From NCBI GenBank assembly GCA_020350425.1, contig CP070716.1, positions 2,077,373 through 2,141,372 of the forward strand: a DNA stretch of 64,000 bases, written 5' to 3'. The DNA comes from Gemmatimonadota bacterium. Its GTDB lineage: Bacteria; Gemmatimonadota; Gemmatimonadetes; Gemmatimonadales; GWC2-71-9. The notes under the pieces were generated by a model, which ran no database searches, was not told the origin of the DNA, and saw nothing but the letters and a program-made list of their open reading frames with translations. Position numbers and translations under genes: made by a program. This document shows positions 47,646-56,214 of the stretch, piece after piece; within the stretch, counting starts at the first letter, position 1, and every line of letters starts with the position of its first letter.

Positions 47646-49535
47646 ATGCGGAATCACTACGACGTGATCGTGATCGGCGGCGGCCACGCCGGCTCCGAGG
47701 CGGCGAACGCGGCGGCGCGCCTCGGGGCGCGGGTGTTGCTCGTGACCTCCAACCTGGAGACCATCGGGCAGATGTCGTGCAATCCGGCGGTCGGGGGGAT
47801 TGCCAAGGGCACGGTGGTGCGCGAGGTGGACGCGTTCGGCGGGGTGATCGGCCGGGCTGCCGATCGGGCGACGATCCAGTTCCGCATGCTCAATCGTTCC
47901 AAGGGGCCCGCGGTGTGGGCTCCGAGAGCGCAATGCGATCGCGGTCTGTATCGCCGAGCGGTACGGTCCCTGCTGGAGGAGCAGCCCGGCCTGGATCTCC
48001 TTCAGGCGACGGTTGCGGCGCTTGCCGTCGACGGGGAATGCGTGCGAGGGGTCGTCACGACCGGCGGTGAGACGATCCGTGCCGCCGGCGTCGTACTCAC
48101 TGCGGGGACATTTCTGCGGGGTAGGATCCACATCGGCACCGACACGCTGATCGACGCCGGGAGAGCCGGCGACCCCGCGTCGATGGAGCTCGCCGAGCAG
48201 TTGGAGGCGATGGGCCTCTCGGTGGAGCGTTTCAAGACGGGGACGCCGCCCCGCATCGATGGTCGCTCGGTGGACTACTCGAAGCTGGAGCGGCAGGACG
48301 GCGAGAGTCCCGACTACCGCTTTTCGCATTTCGTGCGGGCGCCTAGGCCGGAGCAGCGCCCCTGCTGGATTACGTGGGCCGGTGAGGAACTCAAGGAGAT
48401 TATCCGGGCGGACATGCACCGCTCCGCACTCTATGGCGGAGCGATCGCCGGCCGGGGGCCTCGCTATTGTCCGTCGATCGAGGACAAGGTCGTGAAGTTC
48501 CCCGACGCGGAACGGCATCAGGTCTTCCTAGAGCCGGAAGGACTGGATACCTCAGAGCTGTACGTGAACGGGCTCTCCACGTCGCTGCCCGTGGATACGC
48601 AACTGCGATTCCTCCAGTCGGTACCCGGCCTGGAGCAGGTTCGCATGACTCGGGCCGGTTACGCCATCGAGTACGACTACTATCCTCCCCAGCAACTCAC
48701 CCCGTGGCTCGAGGTGAAGGCGGTATCGGGCCTGTTCTTCGCGGGCCAGGTGAACGGGACGACCGGCTACGAGGAGGCCGCTGCCCAGGGCCTCGTTGCC
48801 GGCATCAATGCGGTGCGGAGACTGCGTGACCGGGAGCCGGTCGTGCTGGCCCGAGACGACGGCTATCTGGGGGTGCTGGTCGACGATCTCGTCACCCGTG
48901 GCGTCGACGAGCCGTACCGGCTGTTCACCTCGCGCGCCGAGTTTCGCCTGCTGCTGCGTCAGGATAATGCGCTGAAGCGGTTGGGGCCGCTCGCGGCGGA
49001 GCTGGGCATGCTGTCGGTCGGAGAGCGCGCGGAGCTGGAGGGGCGCATGCGGGGCGAGGACGAGCTCGTTACGCTGGCGCGCCGCGTGAACGTCGAGCCA
49101 GCGACCGCGAACCCTGTCCTGCGCGAGCTCGGGCAAACCGAGATCGCAGAACCGCAGCGCGTCGCAGATGTCGCACTGCGTCCCGGAGTCTCTCTGCGAG
49201 ACATGCTCGGCCGCGCTGTGCGGAGCGTGCCAGGTCACCTCGACGACGTGTGGATGTCGGCGGAGATCGAGCTCAAGTACGCCGGCTATCTGGAGCGGGA
49301 ACGCCGCGCCGCGGCGCGGCTCGCCGAGATGGCGAACTTCAGGCTACCCCAAGACCTGCCCTACGAGGAGCTGAAGAGCCTGAGCACCGAGGCGCGACAG
49401 AAGCTCAAGCGGGTGCGTCCTCAGTCCCTCGCCCAGGCCGGGAGGATCCCCGGCGTCTCCCCCAGCGACCTGCAAAACCTCGTTTTGGAGGTTGTCCGAC
49501 GCCGCAGCGCTGCGGCCGAAGTAACTATCAAATAA
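47646..49535 (+). CDS. mnmG: tRNA uridine 5-carboxymethylaminomethyl modification enzyme MnmG (GidA)
   Basis: 629 aa. YDVIVIGGGHAGSEAANAAARLG, MSCNPAVGGIAKG, GPRYCPSIEDK, FFAGQVNGTTGYEEAAAQG. Confidence 0.97.
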   Translation: MRNHYDVIVIGGGHAGSEAANAAARLGARVLLVTSNLETIGQMSCNPAVGGIAKGTVVREVDAFGGVIGRAADRATIQFRMLNRSKGPAVWAPRAQCDRGLYRRAVRSLLEEQPGLDLLQATVAALAVDGECVRGVVTTGGETIRAAGVVLTAGTFLRGRIHIGTDTLIDAGRAGDPASMELAEQLEAMGLSVERFKTGTPPRIDGRSVDYSKLERQDGESPDYRFSHFVRAPRPEQRPCWITWAGEELKEIIRADMHRSALYGGAIAGRGPRYCPSIEDKVVKFPDAERHQVFLEPEGLDTSELYVNGLSTSLPVDTQLRFLQSVPGLEQVRMTRAGYAIEYDYYPPQQLTPWLEVKAVSGLFFAGQVNGTTGYEEAAAQGLVAGINAVRRLRDREPVVLARDDGYLGVLVDDLVTRGVDEPYRLFTSRAEFRLLLRQDNALKRLGPLAAELGMLSVGERAELEGRMRGEDELVTLARRVNVEPATANPVLRELGQTEIAEPQRVADVALRPGVSLRDMLGRAVRSVPGHLDDVWMSAEIELKYAGYLERERRAAARLAEMANFRLPQDLPYEELKSLSTEARQKLKRVRPQSLAQAGRIPGVSPSDLQNLVLEVVRRRSAAAEVTIK

Positions 49536-49576
49536 CAGCTTAGACAACTATGTATTTCGCTGGTGGTCCAGTCAGT

Positions 49577-49592
49577 TGTTTCACGTGGAACG
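49577..49592. other. parS-like centromere site
   Basis: TGTTTCACGTGGAACG, 2 mismatches to the TGTTTCACGTGAAACA consensus. Lies in the mnmG-downstream spacer. Confidence 0.65.
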
Positions 49593-49610
49593 GCTGGTTG
49601 AAAACCGCGA

Positions 49611-50561
49611 TCAGTTCTGAGGCACGCTGTCGAGGATGCCGGAGAGCCAGTGCATGAGGTTGAGGAGGAACTGGGGGTTTTGAGATGCCTGCGGCGCATT
49701 CATACCCATGGGTGAGCGGCTCCGACCGTCGACCTGGGCGCTGAACATGGCAGCCTCGCCAAAGATGGCAACGCGACCCTTGCCGTGTCGCAGCAACGCC
49801 CCTTGGGCCAAACCGTCCGCACGGATGCGGGGTGTGGCGTCGGTGAACTGCCAGGCTCGCTCGGGGAGGAGGAGAACCGACGGCGTCTGAAGTGTCAGGA
49901 GTTGCGAAGCCCGCAGAGGTACCCGGAAAGCCTGGCCCATGAATGTGGCAACGGAATCGACCCGCTCCCGAGGCTCACGGCCGTTGGTGACCGGATGATC
50001 GGCGAGTGAACCGTCGGAGCGCCGGAAGATCATGGGTGCCCTGCCCTCCTCCGCCCCGATCGCGAAGCCGTTCCCGAGCAAGACCCCAAAGGAAGCGGCC
50101 AGCTCCTCCGCAGCCCCCGGGAATGGCATGTGGTCCGCGATGAGGAAAAGGGATCCACCGTCCGCAACCCATCCGAGCACGGCCGCGATCTCCTCTGAGT
50201 CGAAGGCCGAGGAGGTCGGAAGGGACCAATCCTCGGAGTTCTCTTCCGCGAGAGCGTTTGAGATGACGAGGATGTCCGCACCCTCGAGGAGCTCGGGGTT
50301 GAATCTCGATCGGGAGGCGACAACCACGTAGCCGTCGCGCCTAAGGAGATTGGCAAAAGGGAGGTAGCGACCCCCCGCCGTATGGAAGTTGAAGTGCGCC
50401 TCGTCAATCAGGACTGTCGGCCCTGACCCCGATTCGAAGGCCGAGGACGATATCGTCGGATAGAAGGTCGTGTCAGCCACCTGTTGAGCGCCGGCCGGTG
50501 ATGCCACCAGGGTCGCAAAGACGATACCGAGCTGCGCGAGATGTCGTTTCACGTGAAACAC
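49611..50561 (-). CDS. secreted hypothetical protein (DUF4350-like)
   Basis: GTG 50561 gives the signal peptide MFHVKRHLAQLGIVFATLVASPAGAQQ. VLIDEAHFNFH ... GGSLFLIADHMPFPG resembles the DUF4350/GldG-like N-domain (from memory). Confidence 0.6.
   Translation of the reverse strand: MFHVKRHLAQLGIVFATLVASPAGAQQVADTTFYPTISSSAFESGSGPTVLIDEAHFNFHTAGGRYLPFANLLRRDGYVVVASRSRFNPELLEGADILVISNALAEENSEDWSLPTSSAFDSEEIAAVLGWVADGGSLFLIADHMPFPGAAEELAASFGVLLGNGFAIGAEEGRAPMIFRRSDGSLADHPVTNGREPRERVDSVATFMGQAFRVPLRASQLLTLQTPSVLLLPERAWQFTDATPRIRADGLAQGALLRHGKGRVAIFGEAAMFSAQVDGRSRSPMGMNAPQASQNPQFLLNLMHWLSGILDSVPQN
50545..50560. other. parS centromere site
   Basis: CGTTTCACGTGAAACA, with a 14-bp perfect palindrome GTTTCACGTGAAAC and 1 mismatch to the consensus 16-mer. 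Lies about 190 nt upstream of parA and overlaps the first codons of the divergent gene. Confidence 0.8.
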
Positions 50562-50749
50562 CTCGATTTCAAGGACCTAGGGTGGCTTCCGCCGAGCGAT
50601 TCGGCACTTTCGCAAGCTAATTCAGGTGTAGCGCAGCGCTAGCGACCCCTGTATATTGGCCGGACATGCGCCCGCGGCAAGCTCCACAGGCCGCCTCTCC
50701 CACACGCAGCCATTGCGTAACCTACTGACAATCAACAAGTTATAGATAC

Positions 50750-51577
50750 ATGGGCAGGGTCATCGCCATCGCGAACCAGAAGGGCGGCGTCGGCAAGACC
50801 ACGACGGCCGTGAATCTCGCCGCCTCTCTCGCGGCGGCGGAGCGGCGTACCCTCCTCGTGGACGCCGACCCGCAAGCCAACGCCACCAGCGGGATCGGGA
50901 TCGAGCGCGACAGCATCAAGCTGTCTCTGTACGACGCGCTGATCGGGGACGTGGCTCTCGCCGATGTCGTGCGGCGCGGCGTGAACGTCCACACGCTCGA
51001 CGTCGTGCCGGCAACCCAGGATCTGGTGGGTGCCGAGGTGGAGCTGGTCAACTGGGACGAGCGCGAGTCGGTCATGCGCCGCGCGATCGCGGACGTGCGG
51101 CACGACTACGAATTCGTCTTGATCGATTGCCCGCCCTCTCTCGGTCTCCTCACGCTCAACATGCTCACGGCGGCCGACTCGGTGCTGATTCCGATTCAGT
51201 GCGAGTACTACGCGCTCGAGGGTCTTTCGAAGCTGCTGAACACGGTGCGGCTCGTGCAGCAGAACTGCAATGCGAATCTGGCCATCGAGGGCGTGCTCCT
51301 CACCATGTACGACGCCCGGCTCAATCTCTCACGCCAGGTGGCGACCGAGGCCAAGGAGTACTTCGGCCGCAGGGTGTACCGCACCGTCATTCCGCGAAAC
51401 GTGCGTCTCGCCGAAGCGCCGAGCTTTGGCAAGCCGATCCTGCTCTACGACGTGCAGTCGGTAGGCGCCAAGAGCTACTTGGCACTCGGACAGGAATTGA
51501 CGCGGCGCGTTGCCGAATCCCAGGCGGGGACGCCAGCCACTGAAGAGGACACTCCGATGACGCGGGCACTGGCATGA
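50750..51577 (+). CDS. parA: chromosome partitioning ATPase ParA (Soj)
   Basis: Deviant Walker [31 protein letters not shown]. 275 aa. Confidence 0.95.
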   Translation: MGRVIAIANQKGGVGKTTTAVNLAASLAAAERRTLLVDADPQANATSGIGIERDSIKLSLYDALIGDVALADVVRRGVNVHTLDVVPATQDLVGAEVELVNWDERESVMRRAIADVRHDYEFVLIDCPPSLGLLTLNMLTAADSVLIPIQCEYYALEGLSKLLNTVRLVQQNCNANLAIEGVLLTMYDARLNLSRQVATEAKEYFGRRVYRTVIPRNVRLAEAPSFGKPILLYDVQSVGAKSYLALGQELTRRVAESQAGTPATEEDTPMTRALA

Positions 51578-52455
51578 CGGGCGGAAGCAAACGGCGGCTC
51601 GGTCGTGGCCTGGAGGCACTGCTCGGGCCGGCGACGGTTGCCGAGGCAAGGGCCGAGGGATCCCTCATCCAGGTCCCCGTCGGGTTGATCCGGCCCAACC
51701 CCTACCAGCCACGTCAGGCGTTCGACGAGGAGGCGCTTGCCGAGCTCGCCGACTCGATGCAGCGGTCCGGCCTCCTCCAGCCCGTGGTGGCGCGCCCGGT
51801 CGCGAACGGTTCCTACGAGCTCGTTGCTGGAGAGCGTCGGTGGCGTGCAGCGCAACGCCTGGGGTGGGCCGAGATCGGGGCGGTCGTGCGTGAGGTCGAC
51901 GACCAAACCCTTCTCACGCTCGCCCTCGTGGAGAACCTCCAGCGCGACAACCTGTCGCCCATCGACGAGGCGCACGGATACCGGCGCCTCATCGATGAGT
52001 TCGGGGTGTCGCAGGCCGCGGTCGGCGATCTGGTAGGTCGTGACCGTTCCACGGTCGCGAATGCGCTGCGCCTCCTCAAGCTGCCGGCGACGGTGCAGGA
52101 CATGGTGCATGCCGGGAAGCTGACTGTGGGGCACGCTCGCGCGCTGCTGACGCTCGTGGACGGTCCGAAGATCGAGCGTCTCGCGCGCACCGCCGTCGAG
52201 CGGGAGCTGTCGGTGCGGGAGGTCGAGACGCTGGTGCGGGGCGGCAAAGAGCCCGCCCGGCGACCACGCGCCCCCCGCGGCGCCAAGGTCGATCCGGAGG
52301 CGCGCCGGGTCGAAGACGCCCTGCGGGGTCGTCTGCAGACGGATGTCCGTGTGACGACGCGCGGCAAGAGCGGCAAGGTCACGATCAACTTCTACTCGCC
52401 CGATGACCTCCAGCGGATTCTGGAGATCATCCTCGGCGAGTCGTACGACGGATGA
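51574..52455 (+). CDS. parB: chromosome partitioning protein ParB (Spo0J)
   Basis: [81 protein letters not shown] overlap with parA. Confidence 0.95.
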   Translation: MTGGSKRRLGRGLEALLGPATVAEARAEGSLIQVPVGLIRPNPYQPRQAFDEEALAELADSMQRSGLLQPVVARPVANGSYELVAGERRWRAAQRLGWAEIGAVVREVDDQTLLTLALVENLQRDNLSPIDEAHGYRRLIDEFGVSQAAVGDLVGRDRSTVANALRLLKLPATVQDMVHAGKLTVGHARALLTLVDGPKIERLARTAVERELSVREVETLVRGGKEPARRPRAPRGAKVDPEARRVEDALRGRLQTDVRVTTRGKSGKVTINFYSPDDLQRILEIILGESYDG

Positions 52456-53243
52456 GTCGACGGCGCTCGATAACGATCATGCTGCATCGGGACGGCGATC
52501 TGGAGTCCCGCTCGATTCGCCTCCCCCTGTGGCTCGCGCGCGTCATCGTGATCGGCAGCGGCACGGTGCTCGTCTTCGTCGTCCTCGGCACGATCATCTT
52601 TGCCCCGATCGCCCGCACTGCGGCACGCGTTCCGGGGCTGACCAGCGAGGTCGCCCGGTTGGAGGCGGAGAACGAGATGGTGCACGACCTGGCGTCCAGG
52701 CTCGAGCAGGCGGAGGCGCAGTACGATCAGGTGCGCACGATGCTCGGGGGCGACGTGGTCCCGGTTCGGGGCCGCGCTTCGTCGGACGATCTCGTGGCCC
52801 ACGCTCTCCTCGCCCGCACCCCGCTGGACTCGGGCCTTTACGAGGAGGTGCCGTCGGTGCCGAGGCACTGGCCCCTGAGCGAACCCGGGGTCGTCACGCG
52901 AGGCACGGTGAGGGCCGGATCCGGTCGCGAGGCGCACTCGGGCATCGACATCGCGGTGCCCCTGGGAACGCCGATCAGGGCGGCCGGAGGGGGGGTGGTT
53001 CTGGGAGCCGGGCAGGATCCGGAGTACGGGCTCTTCGTACTGATCGGTCATCCGGAGGGCTATGAGAGTATGTATGGTCATGCGTCGCGCTTGCTCGTCG
53101 AGGCCGATGACTCGGTTCGTGCCGGCCAGGTGATTGCCATGTCGGGATCCACGGGACGATCCACGGCGCCGCACTTACATTTCGAGATCCTGCATGAGGG
53201 GCAGTCGGTAGACCCTCGCTCACTGGTCAGAGAGGAGTCTTGA
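52452..53243 (+). CDS. M23 family metallopeptidase (LytM-like) with N-terminal TM and coiled coil
   Basis: HSGIDIAVPLGTPIRAAGGGVV ... GSTGRSTAPHLHFEI. ATGA overlap with parB. Confidence 0.88.
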   Translation: MSRRRSITIMLHRDGDLESRSIRLPLWLARVIVIGSGTVLVFVVLGTIIFAPIARTAARVPGLTSEVARLEAENEMVHDLASRLEQAEAQYDQVRTMLGGDVVPVRGRASSDDLVAHALLARTPLDSGLYEEVPSVPRHWPLSEPGVVTRGTVRAGSGREAHSGIDIAVPLGTPIRAAGGGVVLGAGQDPEYGLFVLIGHPEGYESMYGHASRLLVEADDSVRAGQVIAMSGSTGRSTAPHLHFEILHEGQSVDPRSLVREES

Positions 53244-53245
53244 GT

Positions 53246-53716
53246 ATGGCACGTGCCGATGACAGCGGTCGTTCAGGCGGTCGCGAGCCTGGCATCTCGA
53301 TCGTCGCGATCGGTATGCGCATCGTCGGCGAGCTCGCGACAGACGGCGTCCTGAAGGTGGAAGGCACGGTTGAGGGGAGCATTCGCGCCGATCGGGAGGT
53401 GCTGATCGCGAAGGGGGGGGTGATCGAGGGCGACGTGTACACCCGCGAGGCCATCGTGGGTGGGCGCGTCGTGGGGTCGATCTACGCGGATGAGCGCGTG
53501 GAGGTGCAGGAGAACTCGATGGTCCAGGGCGACATCGTGACCAAGAAGCTCATCGTCAATGAGGGCGGTGAGGTGAACGGGAACGTCCAGATGGGTGAAC
53601 CCAAGGCGCTCGAGCAGGGCGCAAAGGTGGCGGCGAAGCGGGAGCGGAATCCGGCAGCGACGTCGGCGAGGGAACCCGCCCCGGTCCTGGAAACGCCGAA
53701 CCAGCCCTACGCCTAG
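53246..53716 (+). CDS. bactofilin (polymer-forming cytoskeletal protein)
   Basis: Beta-helical repeats GELATDGVLKVEGTVEGSIRADREVLIAKGGVIEGDVYTREAIVGGRVVGSIYADERVEVQENSMVQGDI. ATG 53246 is preceded by GAGGAG (53232-53237). The track uses TTG 53240. Confidence 0.88.
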   Translation: MARADDSGRSGGREPGISIVAIGMRIVGELATDGVLKVEGTVEGSIRADREVLIAKGGVIEGDVYTREAIVGGRVVGSIYADERVEVQENSMVQGDIVTKKLIVNEGGEVNGNVQMGEPKALEQGAKVAAKRERNPAATSAREPAPVLETPNQPYA

Positions 53717-53790
53717 CGCGGACGTGGTGACAGCGGGGCAGGGGCCGAGACGCCCTCCCCACGTGAAGTGAGTTCTGCAACGCGTCGTGT

Positions 53791-53824
53791 AAGTGCGCTT
53801 CTTGAGGCGCACTTGTCGTTTTCG
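53791..53824 (+). terminator. rho-independent terminator candidate after the par/bactofilin operon
   Basis: AAGTGCGC-ttcttgag-GCGCACTT (8-bp stem) followed by GTCGTTTTCG. Confidence 0.6.
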
Positions 53825-53927
53825 CTTACATCAGTACTGGATATGGCCCGGAGCCGGTGAATCGCGACTGGACGCCAACTGTCGCGACACCGTCGGTCAC
53901 GCGGCCCGGCCATGGCTGGAGTCGCTC

Positions 53928-54680
53928 ATGCAGCTGAGGGAGTTGACCGCCTACCTGGATGGCTATCTCCGGATATCGGAGGTTGCCGACGACGCGAGCG
54001 CGCTGAACGGCCTGCAGGTTGACAACTCGGGAACCGTGGAGCGGGTGGCGGTCGCGGTGGACGCGTGCCAGGCGACGATCGAAGCCGCAGTTCAGCTGGG
54101 CGCGCACCTGCTCCTGGTTCACCACGGCCTATTCTGGGGAGGCCTGCAGCCCATCACCGGGCGCCATGCGAGCCGGATTCGACGCCTGGTGGAGGCCGAC
54201 GTGGCGGTCTACTCGGCGCACCTGCCGCTGGACGCCCACCCCGAGGTCGGGAACAACGCGGAGCTGGCGAGGATGCTCGGCGTGACCGATCCGGTCCCGT
54301 TTGGGGAATACCACGAGCAGGTCATTGGCGTGGCGGGTTCGCTCGCCGTACCGCGCGAGGAGTTGGTGCGGCGTTTACGAGATGCCCTGGGTGGCGATCC
54401 TCACGTCATCGCTACCGGGCCGGACACCGTGCAGCGGGTGGGGATCGTCACGGGAGGTGGCGGGAGCATGATCGCCCAGGCGCGAGACGCGGGCCTCGAT
54501 ACGTACGTCACTGGGGAGGGCGCGCACCACACCTACTTCGACGCAGAGGAGTGGCGGCTCAACGTGATCTACGCAGGGCACTACCTCACCGAGACCGTAG
54601 GGGTGAAGGCCTTGGGGAGACACCTGGAGCAGCGATTCGGTCTCCCGTGGGACTTCATCGACCACCCGACGGGGCTGTGA
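53928..54680 (+). CDS. Nif3-like dinuclear metal centre protein (YbgI family)
   Basis: ATG 53928 (MQLRELTAYLDGYL). GLQVDNSG, LLLVHHGLFW, YSAHLPLDAHPEVGNN, TGEGAHHT. Confidence 0.88.
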   Translation: MQLRELTAYLDGYLRISEVADDASALNGLQVDNSGTVERVAVAVDACQATIEAAVQLGAHLLLVHHGLFWGGLQPITGRHASRIRRLVEADVAVYSAHLPLDAHPEVGNNAELARMLGVTDPVPFGEYHEQVIGVAGSLAVPREELVRRLRDALGGDPHVIATGPDTVQRVGIVTGGGGSMIAQARDAGLDTYVTGEGAHHTYFDAEEWRLNVIYAGHYLTETVGVKALGRHLEQRFGLPWDFIDHPTGL

Positions 54681-55927
54681 TGTCGGCGATCACACGGGTC
54701 GTGCTGGCGGCCGCAGTCGTGATCGTCATGTCGGGCGTGGCGAGCTGCGGCGGCCGGGCGGTCGACGAGACGCTCCCCGCCGCTCCTCCACCAGCCGACA
54801 CCGCCGCGCCGGAGACCGTTCTTTGGGGAGACACGCTCATTCCCCCCGACACCGCCGATGTCGTGCAACAGGAGCCGGAACCGGAACCGGAACCGGAGCC
54901 AGCGCCGCCCCCTCCACCCGTGCGCGTCTGTGCCGGCGGCGACGTCGTGCTCGGCTCCAACGTCGACACGGCGTGGGCGACCCGCGCCTCATCGCGTCTG
55001 GGCCGGCCGGTGCCGGCCCGCCCCGACCCCGACCGGCTCCTGGCGCCGCTCGCGCCCCTGGTGGCGGACGCCGATGTCGTACTGATCAACGTCGAGGGAG
55101 CCATTGGCGAAGGGCCGGCGCCGCGAAAATGCCGTCCCGGCTCCACGAGCTGCTACGCGTTTCGCCAGCCGGTGGCCGTTGCGGGCGCGCTCGGGCGCTT
55201 CGCCGAGGGCGCTGCGATCATCGGGAACCTGGCGAACAACCACTCCCTCGACGCGGGCGGGGCCGGCTTCGCCGCGACGCAGGAGCATCTCCGGACGGCA
55301 GGCGTGGCCGTGACGGGCGTCGATACGCTCGCGACCGTCGTCGTCACGAATCGAGGGGACAGCGTGGCCTTCCTGGGGTTCAGCACCGCACAGGCGGGAC
55401 CCGACCCCCGTGACCTGGAGGCGGTATCCCGCCACGTCGAGCGAGCCGCGCAGCGCTTCCCGCGGGTCGTGGTGACCATGCACATGGGCGCGGAGGGCGC
55501 ATCGGCACAGCGCACGGCCAACGTGACCGAGACGTACCTAGGAGAGAACCGGGGGAACTCCGTTGCATTCGCGCGCGCCGCCGTCGATGCGGGCGCGTCG
55601 GTGGTGATCGGGCACGGTCCCCACGTGATGCGTGCCTCGGAATGGTGGGGCGACGCGCTCGTGCTCTACTCCCTCGGTAACCTCCTCACCTACGGTCCCT
55701 TCTCGATGCGGGAGCCCAACAGCCGGGGTGCCGTCGCGTGCGTGACGCTCAACGAGCACGGCGACGTCCTGGACGCGGCGCTGCGCTCGACCTACCAGCG
55801 TCCCCCGGGCGTCGTCGCACCCGACCCCACGGGACGCGCAGCGTGGCTCGTGGACTCGCTGAGCCAACTGGACTTCCCGGCGACTGCGGCGCGGTGGGGT
55901 GGAGAAGCCAGGGTGGTGCGGCCGTAG
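54680..55927 (+). CDS. CapA-family (PGA_cap) metallophosphoesterase-like lipoprotein
   Basis: ATG 54680 overlaps the upstream TGA (TGATG). Lipobox MSGVASCGG, EP-repeat linker, then VCAGGDVVLG, NLANNHSLDAG, VVTMHMGAEG, VIGHGPHV, SLGNLL. Confidence 0.8.
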   Translation: MSAITRVVLAAAVVIVMSGVASCGGRAVDETLPAAPPPADTAAPETVLWGDTLIPPDTADVVQQEPEPEPEPEPAPPPPPVRVCAGGDVVLGSNVDTAWATRASSRLGRPVPARPDPDRLLAPLAPLVADADVVLINVEGAIGEGPAPRKCRPGSTSCYAFRQPVAVAGALGRFAEGAAIIGNLANNHSLDAGGAGFAATQEHLRTAGVAVTGVDTLATVVVTNRGDSVAFLGFSTAQAGPDPRDLEAVSRHVERAAQRFPRVVVTMHMGAEGASAQRTANVTETYLGENRGNSVAFARAAVDAGASVVIGHGPHVMRASEWWGDALVLYSLGNLLTYGPFSMREPNSRGAVACVTLNEHGDVLDAALRSTYQRPPGVVAPDPTGRAAWLVDSLSQLDFPATAARWGGEARVVRP

Positions 55928-55936
55928 GAGCCACGG

Positions 55937-56214
55937 TCACTTCAACGGCACCACCACCCGCACCCGAACGGTCTCGGCCGTGTGCGGCGTCACGTTGATG
56001 AAACAGTCCTCGCCGATCACCCGCTTGAGCCCCTCGATCTCCGACTCGTTGATCCCCGGAACCTCGTCGTACCGGAGCTCGAGTGTCTGACCCGCGATCA
56101 CCTTGTAGCTGAGCGGCCGCCCGGCAAGGCGGTGGTGAGGGTCGGTTCCCCCAATCCCCGGCCGAGCCGCTCCTGGATGCGCGCAATGCGGGCCCGTGTC
56201 TCGGGATCGGTCAC
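55937..56214 (-). pseudogene. small gene split over two frames (frameshift, sequencing error or two mini-ORFs)
   Basis: GTG 56214 overlaps the queG stop (GTGA) and reads VTDPETRARIARIQERLGRGLGEPTLTTALPGGR, then stops at 56098. The -1 frame continues with high GC3 as ...RPLSYKVIAGQTLELRYDEVPGINESEIEGLKRVIGEDCFINVTPHTAETVRVRVVVPLK* (stop 55937). Confidence 0.4.

Noticed and set aside
53757-53772. CACGTGAAG, a possible third parS half-site downstream of the bactofilin gene
   Set aside because: Only the central CACGTGAA matches, and the flanking arms (CTCCC / GTGAG) do not fit the palindromic consensus.
54872-54901. Short tandem repeat considered as a CRISPR-like or other repeat array
   Set aside because: It is a 6-nt unit repeated about 4 times with no spacers, in frame inside a coding region where it forms an EP linker. 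It is not a CRISPR array.
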